This document shows, piece by piece, positions 14,088-30,529 of a stretch of 64,000 nt of DNA. Made by a program: the position numbers and the translations under genes. The stretch comes from the human T2T-CHM13v2.0 reference genome, Homo sapiens. The notes under the pieces were generated by a model. That model was not told the origin of the DNA. It saw nothing but the letters and a program-made list of their open reading frames with translations, and searched no databases. Within the stretch, counting starts at the first letter, position 1. Each line of letters starts with the position of its first letter. The stretch lies in assembly GCF_009914755.1 (NCBI RefSeq), contig NC_060926.1; one strand, written 5' to 3'.

Positions 14088-14976
14088 CTAAAATCTTTTT
14101 ATCCAAGTAGTTAAACAAGTAGTGATGGGCACTTCAAGCATTAACACGAATTTTTTCCTTGAAATTCCAGTGGCATAAAGATCTTGTGCCCTATGATTGA
14201 GGCACTCCGTATTATATTGTACATAATGTCAGTAATAATGGCTTTCACCTGGAACCTAATCTTAACCTGCCTTTGGTGGAAATGATGGAATCTCCTCCAT
14301 AAGAGGACTCAATCGCAATTGCTGTGCCAGGGCCACACACTCTTACTTCCAAATTCGGATGCCTTTTTAGTTACATCTAGTTTATATCATTTTCTACTGC
14401 AATGCTGAATGTCATGATATTGTTTAAGGCTTCTGATATGTTGGCACTGTGTACCCTATTTCCTTTAGAAATTAGTCAAAGCAGCTTTACAATGACAATA
14501 CCCTTAATTTCAAACTAGAGATAAAGGGATTCATTGCTCCATCAAATACGACCATCGCTGTTACTACTATATGAAAAAAATTGCTTTCCTTTAAAGAAAT
14601 TTATGACAGTTTTTTAAATAGTTCTAAAAATATAGCTGAAACTACATTTTCAAAAATGTTTTGCCCATCATTTACTAAAATTATAAAAGTGTTTGAACAG
14701 AGTTTTCTGCTTTAATGTAACTAGTTAAAAGTGTTTTGAAGTCTGACTTTGGAAAATAAGCAAAATTTAGTTGGAGTCTTTAGGTCAGAATATCCTTCAA
14801 ATCCCCCCCAAATTGACTCCATTAAAAAAAAAACTTTAAATGTGGTTATAAGAATTGTGATTCTTTGGCATATTTCCATCAAATTTTAAAACTTCAAATA
14901 GTGCATATGTACTTGAAAATTACACTTTCTCTTTTCTAAAAAGCTGTATTTTTAATACAACCCTAATGTATTTCAG

Positions 14977-15075
14977 AATGCAATGAGAGCCACTATGGAA
15001 CACCATGCCAACAGAGGTGTTTACCCCCCTATTCAAGTTCATGTCACGCTGGGTAATGAGGATTTGACTGTGAAG
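14977..15075 (+). CDS. PDK1: PDK1 exon 8 (NAMRATMEHHANRGVYPPIQVHVTLGNEDLTVK)
   Basis: tttcag| acceptor, AAG|GTAAA donor; 99 nt. Confidence 0.97.
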
Positions 15076-15643
15076 GTAAATGTGTTTAATGGTTTGTTTT
15101 CTTTTTTTTTTTTTTGTAATTGATGAACAGACATGCAAAGGTAACCATACGCATAATTTCTAAAAGACATAATCTACTCTCAGGGGAAAAGAATCTTGTC
15201 TGTAATAGATAATAAGCACATTGCTTCATTGAGCTGGTGGATTATAGTTATCCCTTGAGTCTTTTCTATGCAGGTCCCCCGTCGAGGTGATTCAAGTTAA
15301 AATAAATCTTGGAGACAGACAATTTATCATTAATATCTCTTTGATAAGTAAGATCTAAAATATTTGGGTAGTTGCAGTATTATGGAGATAGTATTTTATA
15401 TATAATTTAAAAAATTTTAAAACAGTGCTTTCTAATCTACTGGTTTCATTTGATTCTCATGACGTAGGTAATTTTATCCTCACTTTTACAGGTGTGGAGA
15501 CTAAGACACAGTGATTAGCTCAGGATCACACAGGGCAGAAATGCTATGGGACATGATATCCAGTCTTCTGTCCCCAGTGCTAGGCCTTTTCTATTACATT
15601 GTTCAGGTGGCCCAGTTTCTTCTTTTACATTTTATTAAAAATT

Positions 15644-16380
15644 GTTTTCTGTCACCCAGGCTGGAGTGCAGTGGTGTGATCATCACTCACTGTGACCTTG
15701 AACTCCTGGGCTCAAGCAATCCTCCTCCCATGGCTTCCAGAGTAACTGGGACTGCAGGCTGCAGGCATGCAAGCCTGGCTAATTAAAAGAATTTTTTGGT
15801 GGGTAGAGACTAGGTCTCACTTTGTTGCCCAGGCTGATCTCAAAACACCTGGCCTCAAGTGATCCTCCCACCTTGGCCTCCCAAAGCACTAGTATTACAG
15901 GTGTGAGCCACTGTGCATGGCTCCAGTTTAAGAGTATGATAGTGTTTTTCTTTTTTAATAATCATTTAAAAATTTATATTAAAGTAATAAATGCAGAGAC
16001 TATAAAAATTCAAATGTGTCAGTTCCTGGCCCTTTGTAGGCCTCATTACTCAGAGATTCTTAGTCTTTCTTTACTTTTTTTTTTTTTTTTTTTTTTTTTG
16101 GAGATGGAGTCTTGCTCTGTTGCCCCAGGGTGGAATGCGGTAGTGTGATCTCGCCCACTGCAACCTCTGCCTCCTGAGTTCAAGTGATTCACCTGCCTCA
16201 GCCTCCCGAGTAGCTGGGATAACAGGCACCCGCCACCACGCCTAGCTAATTTTTTGTATTTTAGTAGAGACAGGGTTTCACCATATTGGCCAGGCTGGTC
16301 TCGAACTCGACCTCGTGTTATCCGCCTGCCTCGGCCTCCCGAAGTGCTGGGATTACAGGCATGAGCTACTGCACCTGGCC
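15644..16380 (-). mobile_element. Two antisense Alus (~15644-15922 AluJ; ~16075-16380 AluS)
   Basis: Alu consensus matches. Confidence 0.9.
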
Positions 16381-16693
16381 TAATGTTTACATTTTAAACA
16401 GTAAATATTACCTTTCTGTTATAGTAGTTGAGGAGTTAGCTCTCTTTAATAGAGCACCTGCTCCCCTCCCCTCCCCTAGCCCAAGGGCCAGTTTCCCTAT
16501 ACTATTATCCCAATATTTAAGTTTGTATATGAAATTCGAAGCTGAGAATAATCATCCTGCAAAATTTTGAAGGCATCCATTGTTCCTTTTTTAAAAAAGG
16601 TACAATTCAGTGGAATTCATAAGGTTATTCAAGTATTGCCGCTGTCTCATTTTAGAACATTTTCATCAGTCCTAAGAAAAAACCCAAGTACTC

Positions 16694-16990
16694 CGTCAGG
16701 CACAGCAGCTCATGCCTGTAATCCCAGCACTTTGGGAGGCCAAGTTGGGCAGATTGCCTGAGGTAAGGCGTTTAAGACCAGCCTGGCCAACATGGTGAAA
16801 CCCCATCTCTACAAAAAATACAAAAAATTAGCTGGGTGTGGTGGCAGGCGCCTGTAATCCCAGCTATTCAGGAGGCTGAGGCACGAGAATCGCTTGAACC
16901 CAGCAGCAGAGGGTGCGGTGAGCCAAGATTGCACCACTGCACTCCAGCCTGGGTGACAGATTGAGACTCCATCTGAAAAAAAGAAAAAAA
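16694..16990 (+). mobile_element. AluS inserted in L1
   Basis: Alu consensus with A tail. Confidence 0.9.
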
Positions 16991-17716
16991 GGAAAATACG
17001 CAGTACCTATGAAGTCACTTCCCGTTTTTCTCTCTTCTAGCCCTTGGCAACCACTGATCTATTTTCTGTTTGTGTATTTCTCTTTCTGGGCATTTTATAT
17101 AAATTTAATCATGCAGTATGTGGTCTTTTGTTACTGACTTCTTTCACTTAGTATAATGTTATAGTATGCATTTGTACTTCATTCCTTTTTATGACCAAAT
17201 GATATTCTGTTATATGGATATAACACCTTTGGGTTATCCATTCATCAGTTGATAGACATTTGGTTTGTTTCTATTTTTTGGTTATTATAAATAATATGGC
17301 TATGAATGTTTGTGTACAAATTATTGTGTGAACATGTGTTTCAGTTATCTTATGTATATACCTAGGAATTGAATTGCTGAATCATAGGAAACTCTGTTTA
17401 ACTTGAGAAACTGCCAAACTGTTTTCCAAAGGACCTGCACCATTTTGCATTGTCATCAACAATGTGTGAAGGTTCCTGTTTTACCTCGTCCTTGTCAACA
17501 ATTGTAGTCTGTCTTTTTTATTATAGACATTATTGTGAGTGTGAAGTGGTATCTCAGTGTGGTTTTTATTTGCATTTGTCTAATGACTATGATGTTGAGC
17601 ATCTTTTCATTTGCTGATCGGCCATTTGTGTATCTTTGAAGAAATGTAGATTAAGATCCTTTTTTCAGTTTTAAAATTGGCTGTCTTTTATTGTTGAGTT
17701 GTAACGGTTCTCTCTC

Positions 17717-17931
17717 ATGTATATGTGTATATATATATAGGGATTCTATGTGTGTGTATATATATACACACACATACATATACATATATACATACATATG
17801 TGTATATATACGCATATATACATATATGTGTGTGTATATATATACACCCTATATATATTCTATTTGTGTGTATATATTCTATGTGTGTGTATATATATAT
17901 ACACTCTCTCTAGATATATATATATGTATAT
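17717..17931. repeat. (TA/TG/CA)n low-complexity compound microsatellite
   Basis: Alternating purine-pyrimidine tract inside the L1; source of the YIYI ORFs. Confidence 0.93.
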
Positions 17932-18036
17932 AGGGGTTACTAGTCCCTGATGAGATGTATGATTTGCAAGTATATTCTCCCATTCCGTGGGTTCTTTTCA
18001 CTTTCTTGATAGTATCCTTTGAAGTACAAAGTTGTG

Positions 18037-18294
<258 letters not shown>

Positions 18295-19774
18295 TAAGAG
18301 TTTTATAGTTTTAGCTTTTATATTTAGGTCTTCGATCCATTTTGAGTTAAGTTTTGTACATGGTTTGAGGTAGAGGTTCATCTTCATTCTTTTGCATGTG
18401 GATATCCAGTTGTCCCAGTACTATTTGTGAAAAACCTATTCTTTCCCCATTCAATTGCCCTGTCACCCTTGTCAAAAATCAATTGCTCATAAATGTATGG
18501 GATTTATTTCTGGATTTTCAGTTCTATTTCATTGATGTATATATCTCTCGTTATGCAAGTACTTAATGCCTGTCTCAATGATTGTAGCTTTAAGTTTTGA
18601 AATTTGCAAGTGTGAGTCCTACAACTTCTTTTTCAAGATTATTTTGGCTGTTATGGGTTCTTGCATTTCCATGGGTTTTAGGATCAGCTTGTCAATTTCT
18701 GCAAAAAAACAATGCCAGCTAGAATTTTGATGGGCATCATTTGGGAAGTGTTGCCATCTTAGAGTTAACAATATTAACTCTTCTAATTCATGAATACAAG
18801 ATATCTTTACACTTACAACACAGGGCATCTTTATAGGTCTTCTTTGCTTTCTTTCAATAATGTTTTGTGGTTTTTAGTGTACAAGTCTTGGACTTTTAAA
18901 TTTATTCCTAAGTATTTTATTATTTTTGATGCTATTGTAATGGAATTGTTCTATTAATTCCATTTTTTGGATTGCTTATTGCTAGTGGATAGGAATATAA
19001 CTGATTTTTTTGTACTGATCTTGTATCCTGCATCCTTGCCAAATGTCTTTATTAGTGCTAGTAAATTTTTGTGGATTACTTAGAATTTTCTATATAAATG
19101 ATCATGTCTCTGCAAAAAGATGTAAGTGTGGCTAGAACCTCTAGTACAGTGTTGAATAGAAGTGCTGACAGGAGACATCCTTGTCTTTTTTCTGATACTA
19201 AGGGGGAGAACTTCTTGTCTTTCACTATTAAGTATGATGTTAGCTCTGATTTTTTTCATAGATACCCTTTATCAGATTGAGGAAATTTGCCTGTATTCTT
19301 AGTTTGAGTGTTTTTATCATGAAAGGATGTTCAATTTTGTCAAGTGCTTTTTCTGTGAAGATTGAAATGATTGTGTGGTTTGTTCTTTGTTCTATTAAGT
19401 AGTGTATTACATTGCTTTTTCTATATCAAACCAACCTTGCATTCTTGGGATAAGTCTCAATTTTTTTATGGTTTATGTTGTTTTGTTGAGGATTTTTACG
19501 TTGATGTTCATAAGGTATGTTTATTGGTCTGTAGTTTCTTGTGATGTGTTTGGTTTTAGTATCAGGATGACACTGGCCTTATAGAATGAGTAGGGAATTT
19601 CCCTCTCTTTCTACATTTTGGAAGAGTTTTTGAAGGATTGGTATTAATTCTTTCAGTGTTTGGTAGAACACAGCAGTGAAGACTTCTGGGCCTGAGCTTG
19701 TCTTTGTGGAAAGACTTTTGATTACTAGTTCAATCTCTATTTGTTATATATTCATATTTATGGATAGCTATTTA

Positions 19775-20100
<326 letters not shown>

Positions 20101-20168
20101 ATAAACAATACATTTGATATCTATTTAGATTGTCCATTTCTTCCTGAGCTCCTGAGCTGTGTCTATAG

Positions 20169-20476
20169 TTTGTGTGTGTTTTTTTGTTTGTTTTTTGAGA
20201 CAGAGTCTTGCTCTGTCGCCCAGGCTGGAGTGCAGTGGCAGGATCTTGGCTCACTACAAGCTCCGCCTCCCGAGTTCACGCCATTCTCCTGCCTCAGCCT
20301 CCCGAGTAGCTAGGACTGCAGGCACCCGCCACCATGCCTGGCTAATTTTTGTATTTTTAGTAGAGATGGGGTTTCACCGTGTTAGCCAGGATGGTTTCGA
20401 TCTCCTGACCTCGTGATCCACCTGCCTCAGCCTCCCAAAGTTCTGGGATTACAGGCATGAGCCACCACGCCCAGCC
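20169..20476 (-). mobile_element. AluY-like
   Basis: CCATTCTCC / GTTAGCCAGGATGG diagnostics; TSD CTATAGTTTGTGT on both sides. Confidence 0.9.
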
Positions 20477-23400
20477 TATAGTTTGTGTTTTTATAGGAAT
20501 TTGTCCATTTCATTTAGGTTATCTAATTATTACACACAATTGTTCATAGTATTCCCTAATAATTCTTTTTATTTTTGTAAGATTGGTAGTGATGTCCCCA
20601 CTTTCATTCCTGGTTTTATAAATTTGAGTCTTCTTTTTTTTTCTTGGTCAATATAGCTAAATACTTATCAATTTTGTTAATCTTTCTAAAGAACCAATTT
20701 TTTATTTCATTGATTTTCTCCATTTTTCTATTCTGTATTTCATTAATTACACTCTAGGCTTTATTATAATTTCCTTCCTTCTGCTTGCTGTGGTGTTATT
20801 TTGCTCCTGTTTTTCTAGTTTCTTAAGGTGGAAGTTTTGGTTATTCATTTGAGACATTTTACAACTATAATTTTACTTTAAGCACTGCTTTGTCTATCTT
20901 ACAAGTTTTTAATGTTTTGTTTTCATTTTCATTCATCTCAAAGTATTTTCTAGTTTCCTTTTGGATTTTTCCCATTGGTTAATAGGATTGTGTTGTTTAA
21001 TTGCCACATACTTGTGAATTTCCCATGTGTTCTCTTAATCATTTAAATTTCATTCTGTTGTGATTGGAAACATACTTTGTATGATTTCAAGTATACATCT
21101 ATTGAGATTTGTTTTACAGCCTAACATAGGGTCTGTCTTGGAGAATGTTCCATGTGTACTTGAGAAAAGTGTGCATTCTGATGCTGTTGAATGTTCTACA
21201 GATAGCTATTAGGTTTAGTAGGTTTGCAGTGTTGTACAAGCTTGTCTTTCCTTGTTGATCTTGTAATTGTTATATCCATTGTTGAAAGTGGAGTATTGAA
21301 GTCATCTCCAATTATTGTTGAATTGTCTATTTCGCCCTTCAGTTCCATCAGTTTTGCTTCATGTATTTTGGAGCTCTGTTGAGTACATATATGTTTTTAA
21401 TTATTATCTCTTTTTTGTGTATTAACCTTATATCATTAAAAAATGTACTATTTTGTCTCTTATAACAGTTTTTGTTTAAAAGTATATTTTGTTTGAAGTT
21501 AGTGTAACCATCCCAACTCTTTTTGTTTCTGTTTTCATAGTGTAACTTTCCAGACTTTTAGTTTAAACCTCTTTGTGCCTTTCAGTCTAAAATGTGTCTC
21601 TTTATAGCATACAGTTAGAATTTAAAACCATTCTGCCAATGTCCACCTTTTAATTGGAATGTTCAGATCAATTAAATTTAATATAATTACTATTAATGTA
21701 ATTAACAGTAATTTTGGTTTATGTTTGCCGTTTTGTCTTCAATATATGTCATATCATTTTTTATTATTTCTCCATTATCACTGTCTTTTGTTAAAATATT
21801 TTGTATTATATCATTTTAATTTCGTTCTTGTTTTTGTTACTATATTTCTTTGAGTTTTTTAAGTAATTATCCTGGGGATTACAATTAACACCTTAATTTA
21901 TAATCTAGTTCAGATTAATACCAATTTGCTTTCAATAGTATACACTGACTTTTCTCCTAAATAGGCCTTTTCCCCTCCCCACCCATCCTTTGTGCTGTTA
22001 TTGTCATATAACATACATTTTTGTACATTGTGTGCCTGTCTACAGAGATTTATAATTATTGTTCTATTCAATTGTCTTTTAAATCAGATAGGACACAAAA
22101 AGAGTTACAAACAAAAAATATACTCATATTTTCCTTTAGATTTACTTTTGTAATAACTTTTACTGGCACTGTTTATTTCTAAACATGGATTCAATGTTTT
22201 GTCTAGTATCCTTTTGTTTCAGCCTGAAGGATTCCCTTTGGTATTTCTTGATAGCCCATGTCTGTCAGTGATCATCTCTCTCAGTTTTTGCTTATCTGGA
22301 AATGTCTTAATTTCTCCTTCATTTTTGAAGGATAGTTTTGCTGGTTATAGAATTCTTGTTGATAGTCTTTTTCTTTCAGCACTTTGGAATATGTTATCTC
22401 ACTGCCTTCCAGCCTCCATGGTTTGGATGAGAAATCAGCTGTTACAATCTTATTGAATATTGCACATATGTGATGAGTCATTTCTCTGTTTCTCAGACTG
22501 GATAATTTCAATTGACCTGTCTTCACTCTCACTGATTCTTTTCTTTCACATGCTCAAATATGCTGTTGAACCCCTCTAGTGAAATTTTCATTTCGTTTAT
22601 TTTTCATTTCATTTATTGTACTTCTCAATTCCAGAATTTCAACTTAGTTCTCTTATATAATATCTATCCTGTTTTTTTCACCTTTGCTAAATGTTGATGC
22701 ATATCATTTTATTGCCCTATATTTTATTGTTGTATCGTTTAAAATTTTCTATTTTGAGACATCCTTATACTTTAGTTCTTTAGTGTTTGTTTACGGAGTG
22801 TGAGTTTACTGACTCAGGTATAGTTTATTGACTGATTTTTCCTTGCCTGTGTATGGGCAATACTTTTTTGTTTTTTTCATATCTTGTTATTTTTATAGAA
22901 AACTGGACATTTAAAATAATATATTTTGACAGCTCTGCAGATCAGATACTGCTGTCTCCCCAAGGCTGTCTTTGTTGTTGTTTTGTAATTTTTTTTTTTT
23001 TTGGAGTTAATTCTTTTAAGTTTGAATTCTTTGTTGTGTGTGGCTTCTGAAGTCTCTGCTCATTTAGCTTAGTGGTCAGCTAATGACTGGACTGAGATTT
23101 CCTCAAATACCTGGAATCAGTAAGTTTCCCAGTCTTTGCCAAGGGACTCTGTGTGTGTATAGAAGTGTTCAGGAGAATATCTTCAACACTCAGCCAGGCA
23201 GTTAACAACTGTGCCTTAACCTTTAGGTCCTGCTCGCATAGAGCAATTAGAGGTGAGAGCTTAGGGCCTTCTCAGTGTCTTTCCTGAGCATGACCCTGGG
23301 CATGAGTATGGCCTTCCAGATTCCCAGGAGATAGCTGAGGTTTTCAAAGCCCCTATGGCTATCTCATTCCCTAGACCTTCCTGTTAAGCTTTTTGGTTAG

Positions 23401-24824
23401 CCTTATTGTTTGCCCTAGCTGTTGTCCAGTTTCTTCTGCAGCCCTCAAATTAATCAGTTACTTCTAATTGTTTTTGACAGATGTTTCCAGGGATGGGGGT
23501 GGGGTGCAAGACTTTTGTACTGGGGAGCTCAGAGTCAGGTCAAATAAATACAGTCTTCCCAGCAGCTACCAGGCTGCTGGTTTCACTCTGATTGCATATT
23601 GATTGGAGGGAGGGGGAGCAGATGGGAGCAAGTTAAAATGCTTACTGTTCTTATACGGATTCAGTTGTTTTACTTGAATAAATGTTCCCCAGATTGCTGC
23701 ATGCCTTTAGTTAATTTCCAGAATTCTGTCAAAGTAGATTCTAAATGATTTTTGCACCCCCCTCCCCCGCTCTTTCTTTTTTTTTTTTTTTTTGGTGCTT
23801 TGATAGAGGAGAGACTTTTGCAGGTTCTTTCTCTTCTATTTTTGCTGATGTCACTCCTGCTGTTCTTTTTGAGAAGACAACGTTTATTACAATTCCTCTT
23901 CCTTCTTATGTGACCAGTTTTAGGTGTCTACTTTTGTTTAACTAGAGTTTTTAACTTTTTTTTTTTTCTTTTTTTTAAGCTGTGCTCTGAAGTTTCAGTG
24001 ATGTGACTTGGTGTGGGCCTTTTCTTACTTACTGGGCTGTGGTCTTTGAACTTCCCATTATTTTCTTGATATTTTCCTTTTCACTGTGTGTTTAGTCTCT
24101 TTCTGATAGTCATATTAAGAGGATGTTGGGCTTCATGACATCACTCCCTGTTTTTTATCGCTTCAACTTTTTATTCTATTCTGTGAGATTTCCTTGACTT
24201 CAGATTCCCAGCCCTTCTATTGAACTTTTATTTCCATTATCTTACAAATTTCCAAGAATCCTTATTTTTAAAATTAATCCCTTTTTAGAATTCTGCTCTA
24301 GTTTTATTTTATTGCTCTAAGGATATTATTTTTTTTTAATTAATTTGCCTCTGTACCCTGCATTGTCCGTTTCCTGAGTTTCCTTTTGTCCGTTTCTCTC
24401 TCGTTTGTTCATTTTAAAGAGATAGGCACAAAAAAGTCAATAAATGGCAATGCCATCTGTTTGCTGTAAAAACAATATGAATGTATCACTTTTTTTTTTT
24501 TTTTTTAGCTCAGATGCTAATGTGTCTATTTTTTGGTTAGTTGTGTGTCAGCTACTTTCCCGTTAAGGTTTACAGTCAAGAAAAGACCCATTGGTCTTCT
24601 GGTTTGGGGCTTAAGTTGTGCTGCAGCATGTTCTTTCTTGTACCTTTTTCTGCTTCTATTAGAAGTGCTTTATTTAGCATTTTGGTCTGCAGCTGCTTTC
24701 TATTGCTATTATCCGTCATTGCATAGATCAAGGTTTACTGAGTTCTTAGACTCTCAGAAGAGATTACTTCTGTGCTGGTGGATGGGCTTAACCTCAGGAA
24801 TCTGTCTTTATGATGTAAAGAAAA

Positions 24825-25682
24825 ATTCATAATGACCCAGCAATCCTACTCCTATGTCTATACCTCAAAGGATTGAGAATATTTAGGCAAAACCTTACAC
24901 ACAAATACTCATAGTGGCACTATTCACAATAGTGTACAGGTAGAAACAACCCAAATATCTATCAGCTAATGAATGGATAAACAAAATGTGGTATGTCCAT
25001 ACAGTGGAATATTATTTGGCCACAAAAGGAATGAAATACTGATAAATGCTACAAACTGGTTGTTGTAACATTGAAGACATTATGCTAAGTGAAAGAAGCC
25101 AATCACAAAAGGCCACATATTATATGATATTATTTACATGAAATGTCCAGAATAGGCAAATATATAGGGACAGAAAGTAGATTAGTGGTTGCCTAGGGAT
25201 ATGACCACTAAAGGAGCTAGGGTTTCTTTTGGAGGTGATGAAAAATTCTAAAATTGACAGTGGTAATGGTTGCACATATCGATGAATATATTAAAAACCA
25301 TTCAATTATATACTTTAAGTGCATTAATTATATGGTATATAAATTATTTTTATCTTTTTTGAGATGGAGTCTCCCTCTGTTGCCCAGGCTGGAGTGCGGT
25401 GGCATGATCTCAGCTTGCTGCAAGCTCCGCCTCCCAGGTTCAAGCGATTCTCCTGCCTCAGTCCCTAGTAGCTGGGACTACAGGCGCCTGCTACCACACC
25501 TGGCTAATTCTTGTATTTTTAGTAGAGATGGGGTTTCACCTTGTTGGCCAGGCTGGTCTCGAACTGCTGACCTCAAGTGATCCGTCTGCCTCCGCCTCCC
25601 AAAGTGCTGGGATTACAGGCATGAGCCACTGCGTCCAGCCTGCTATGTAAATTATATCTGAATAAAGCTGTTTAAAATAAAA
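24825..25682 (+). mobile_element. L1MB 3' fragment, sense, split by an antisense Alu (~25347-25640)
   Basis: ATGACCCAGCAATCCTACTCC...AATGAATGGATAAACAAAATGTGG...; resumes after the Alu with TATATCTGAATAAAGCTG. Confidence 0.85.
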
Positions 25683-25805
25683 TAGGCTTGTAAAGGTCTC
25701 AAAAAAGAGTGTTCTAGAAGCCTGCTATGTTAATTATATTTGAATAAAGCTGTTTAAAATAAAATAGAAAGGCTTGTAAAGGTCTCAAAAAGACTGTTCT
25801 AGAAG
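25639..25805. repeat. Tandem duplication of an ~82-85 bp unit
   Basis: CCTGCTATGT...AATAAAGCTGTTTAAAATAAAATAG...GGCTTGTAAAGGTCTCAAAA...TGTTCTAGAAG at 25639-25720 and 25721-25805. Confidence 0.93.
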
Positions 25806-26130
25806 TCTTGTCTGTATTAGGCTCTGCCTTCACCTGTTGTTTCTGCTCCTCACATCCAAGGTCACATGAAGGCATCTCCTCTTGCAGCCTCTCTTTACAT
25901 GTTGAATTCTTGCTTTTTCTTCAGTCGAGCTTTGATCCCCATTACTTACCCTAGACTTTTAGAATCAAGGCTTGGTTTTGTTTCTTCCCCATTTTTTTTA
26001 GCTTGTTCAAATTATTGACATTTTTTACCTTTTATCCTCTTGCTAAAAATCCTATACAAAAGTTGTTGTTTCTGTCTTACAGCCCTAGCTGCTCTTTCAA
26101 TTCTGTGTTTAGTATATAATCTATAAATAA

Positions 26131-26463
<333 letters not shown>

Positions 26464-27529
26464 TACATGTCATTTAAATTAAAACTTAAATGTCTTGGTT
26501 CATTTACTGTTGATGATTTTACAGACTTAACAGTGAAAACGCTGTTGGCTAAGAAACTTTAGGAACTCTGGGTGAATACAGGGAATGTCCTGGCTTTAGA
26601 GCTGTCATCTAGTCAGTAGTGGTTCATTTCATCTGGGCCTAGAGTTCACATGAATTAACCTAGGGAGCCTAGTGTTACTGGGAATAGGAAGTTAGGGATG
26701 GCAGCTCTTGGTTAGATGACATTGACAAGTGGTGCTTTTGTGCACTGAAGAGAAAACTTTAAAAATAATTGGCAAACTTCTCTTCCTTGGCCTTCCTGTT
26801 GACATTACTTATCTCATTATCTTAATAAGGTTTCGTGTTAGTTTTCACATCTCTCTTTCAATACATTTGTCATCAAAGGTACCATTCTTCTTGCCTTGAA
26901 TATATACAGACTAAATATCTGTCTCTCCATTATTCCCTCCCTCCCTTTTCCTGAAGAACTTGGATCCTCCAATAATCTATTACTGCTCTTTTGGAAACTC
27001 TTTTGCCTACTTTAAAATCCACTGGCTCCAGTTTATTGTATTGTTGGCTGCAAAGCAAAGTACTACTTTGACTGTAGTTTCTAACTCTATTCCTGTGGCT
27101 TAGTTTGCCCTTTACCTCTAGCAACATGATGCTTCTCACATCCTCTCTGTCCTGTCTGCTTATCCCCTCTTATTTTCCCATGCAGCCTGAGGCTGGAAAT
27201 GACTTCTTATTTTGTACTTGCTAGGTTGTTGTTACAGTCTCCGTGGCCAAAAGGTTAAGGAAAACCAGGAAATATTTACTCAAGTCTACCTTTTTATCTT
27301 AGTATCTATTCTAATATGTTCTTTACTCCCTTCATGTATTTATAGAATACACATACTTCCTATTCATGTTAACTAGCAAATGTGCAGCAGAGCATTGAAT
27401 TAAAGGATGAGTAATTAACAAATTGATGGATTTCTCAAAATACCCAGAGCTCTTTATTCATCTTACTAAAATAAATTACTTTACAGGGCCAAGAGCAATT
27501 TCAAGCATAATGCTGCATAAAAGTTTTCT

Positions 27530-27531
<2 letters not shown>

Positions 27532-27567
<36 letters not shown>

Positions 27568-27844
27568 GAGCAGAGTCTCGCTCTGTCACCCAGGCTAGAG
27601 TGCAGTGGTACAACCTTGGCTCACTGCAACCTCCTCCTGGATTCAAGAGATTCTTGTGCCTCAGCCTCCCGAGTAGCTGAGATTACAGGCGTGCACCATG
27701 ACGCCTGACTAATTTTTGTATTTTTAGTAGAGACAGGGTTTTGCCATGTTGGCCAGGCTGGTCTCGAACTGCTGACCTCAAGTGATTCGCCGGCCTTGCC
27801 TCCCAAAGTGCTGGGTTTATAGGTGTAAGCCACCACACCCAGCC
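27532..27844 (-). mobile_element. AluS with T33 tract
   Basis: Alu consensus preceded by 33 T. Confidence 0.92.
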
Positions 27845-28896
27845 ACAAGTTCCTAATAAAGTCCTTGTATACTTTATTATTGATAGTGTAATTACTTAAT
27901 TTTAGATGTATTCGAGGCACATCTTTCAATGGTATTTCAAGGCAGATTTTTTTAGTTATAAAAATCAAAATATCTACATAATTACCATTATAAAGGTAAT
28001 ATATATATACTGTAACAATTTTTAAATATATAAAAACTCAACTATAAGCCATTCAGCCTATTGACTTTTAATACATATTATTCAGTACTATTTTAATCTA
28101 TATATACATAAATTAAAAGCAGATTTGTTTGTGTATGACAACTATATTGTTATAGGCAGTAAAATCAATTCAGATTCTGTGACAAAGGAAAATGGCTGTA
28201 GTAGATTAGAATATAAGCTGGATAGTAGCTAGGAAAATAAGTCCATGTTAACTTTGAAGGAAAAGAAAAATTGTATGTAAATAAATTACTAAATTTGATT
28301 TGCCATACTGTTTGAGTTGAAAAATGATATGAAAATGTAAAGACCTACATGCCTTACGAACATATCAGAAAGTTTTCTGGGGTTCTAGGCTGTAAAATTG
28401 CTGGTAGATGGAAATACAAAGTAGTGGTTCTGTCTTTTTCTCCCTGAAAATGAAAATTATACTGTTTTTTTCCTGTTAAAGTAATTGTGAAGAAAATTCA
28501 GAAACTGAAAACCCCAAACAAGAAGAGAAAATTACTCATTCTACAGACAATAAAATTAGATATCATTTCAGACCTTTTTATAATAGAATTTTTGCAGAGT
28601 ATTATAAATGCTTCTTTGTAACTGTTTTTTTTTTGTTTGTTGGTTGGTTTTTTTTGCTGCTTAACTATCTCTTATGCCAGTATATGGAGTTCTATATAAT
28701 ATCTAATTAATGGTTAACAATATTCTATTTTAGAATGTACTTTCTTTTACTTAACTAATCCCCTATTTAGGTTGTTTACTTTTAGGTATTCTGCATAGAG
28801 CTGTGATGGATGTTCTCATATATACTTTGCATGCTTTTCTGCTTATTTTCTCAGGATAAATTTCTGGAAGTGACATTGTTGTGTGAAAGGTACATG

Positions 28897-29866
<970 letters not shown>

Positions 29867-30135
29867 TAATTTGCTTCTAGTCACCATGCTGCCCACCAGA
29901 AAGGAGTAACAGATTTATAGTTACATACAAGATAGGGTTAACTTGTGCCCAGTTCTGTGCTATAATGCACTGTTAATGAGACTCCCGGAAATATACAAAG
30001 CCACAGCAGTATTATGATGGAGTTTATGTATTAGAGTTTCACATATTAGAGGAGTTGGGTTGGGTTCAACAGCGAGGGAAATGCTTATATTGGCAACTTG
30101 GATTGTGTTGTATTCATTTTCAAAAGCAGCACTCA

Positions 30136-30458
<323 letters not shown>

Positions 30459-30529
30459 CTATGAGTATGTGTTGATATTTTGCTGTTTTGAGGATTTGGG
30501 CATAGAGCACGATCCTTTTCTTACCTTAG

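Noticed and set aside
17691-17950. YIYI/CVCV-rich ORFs
   Set aside because: Translation of a TA/TG microsatellite.
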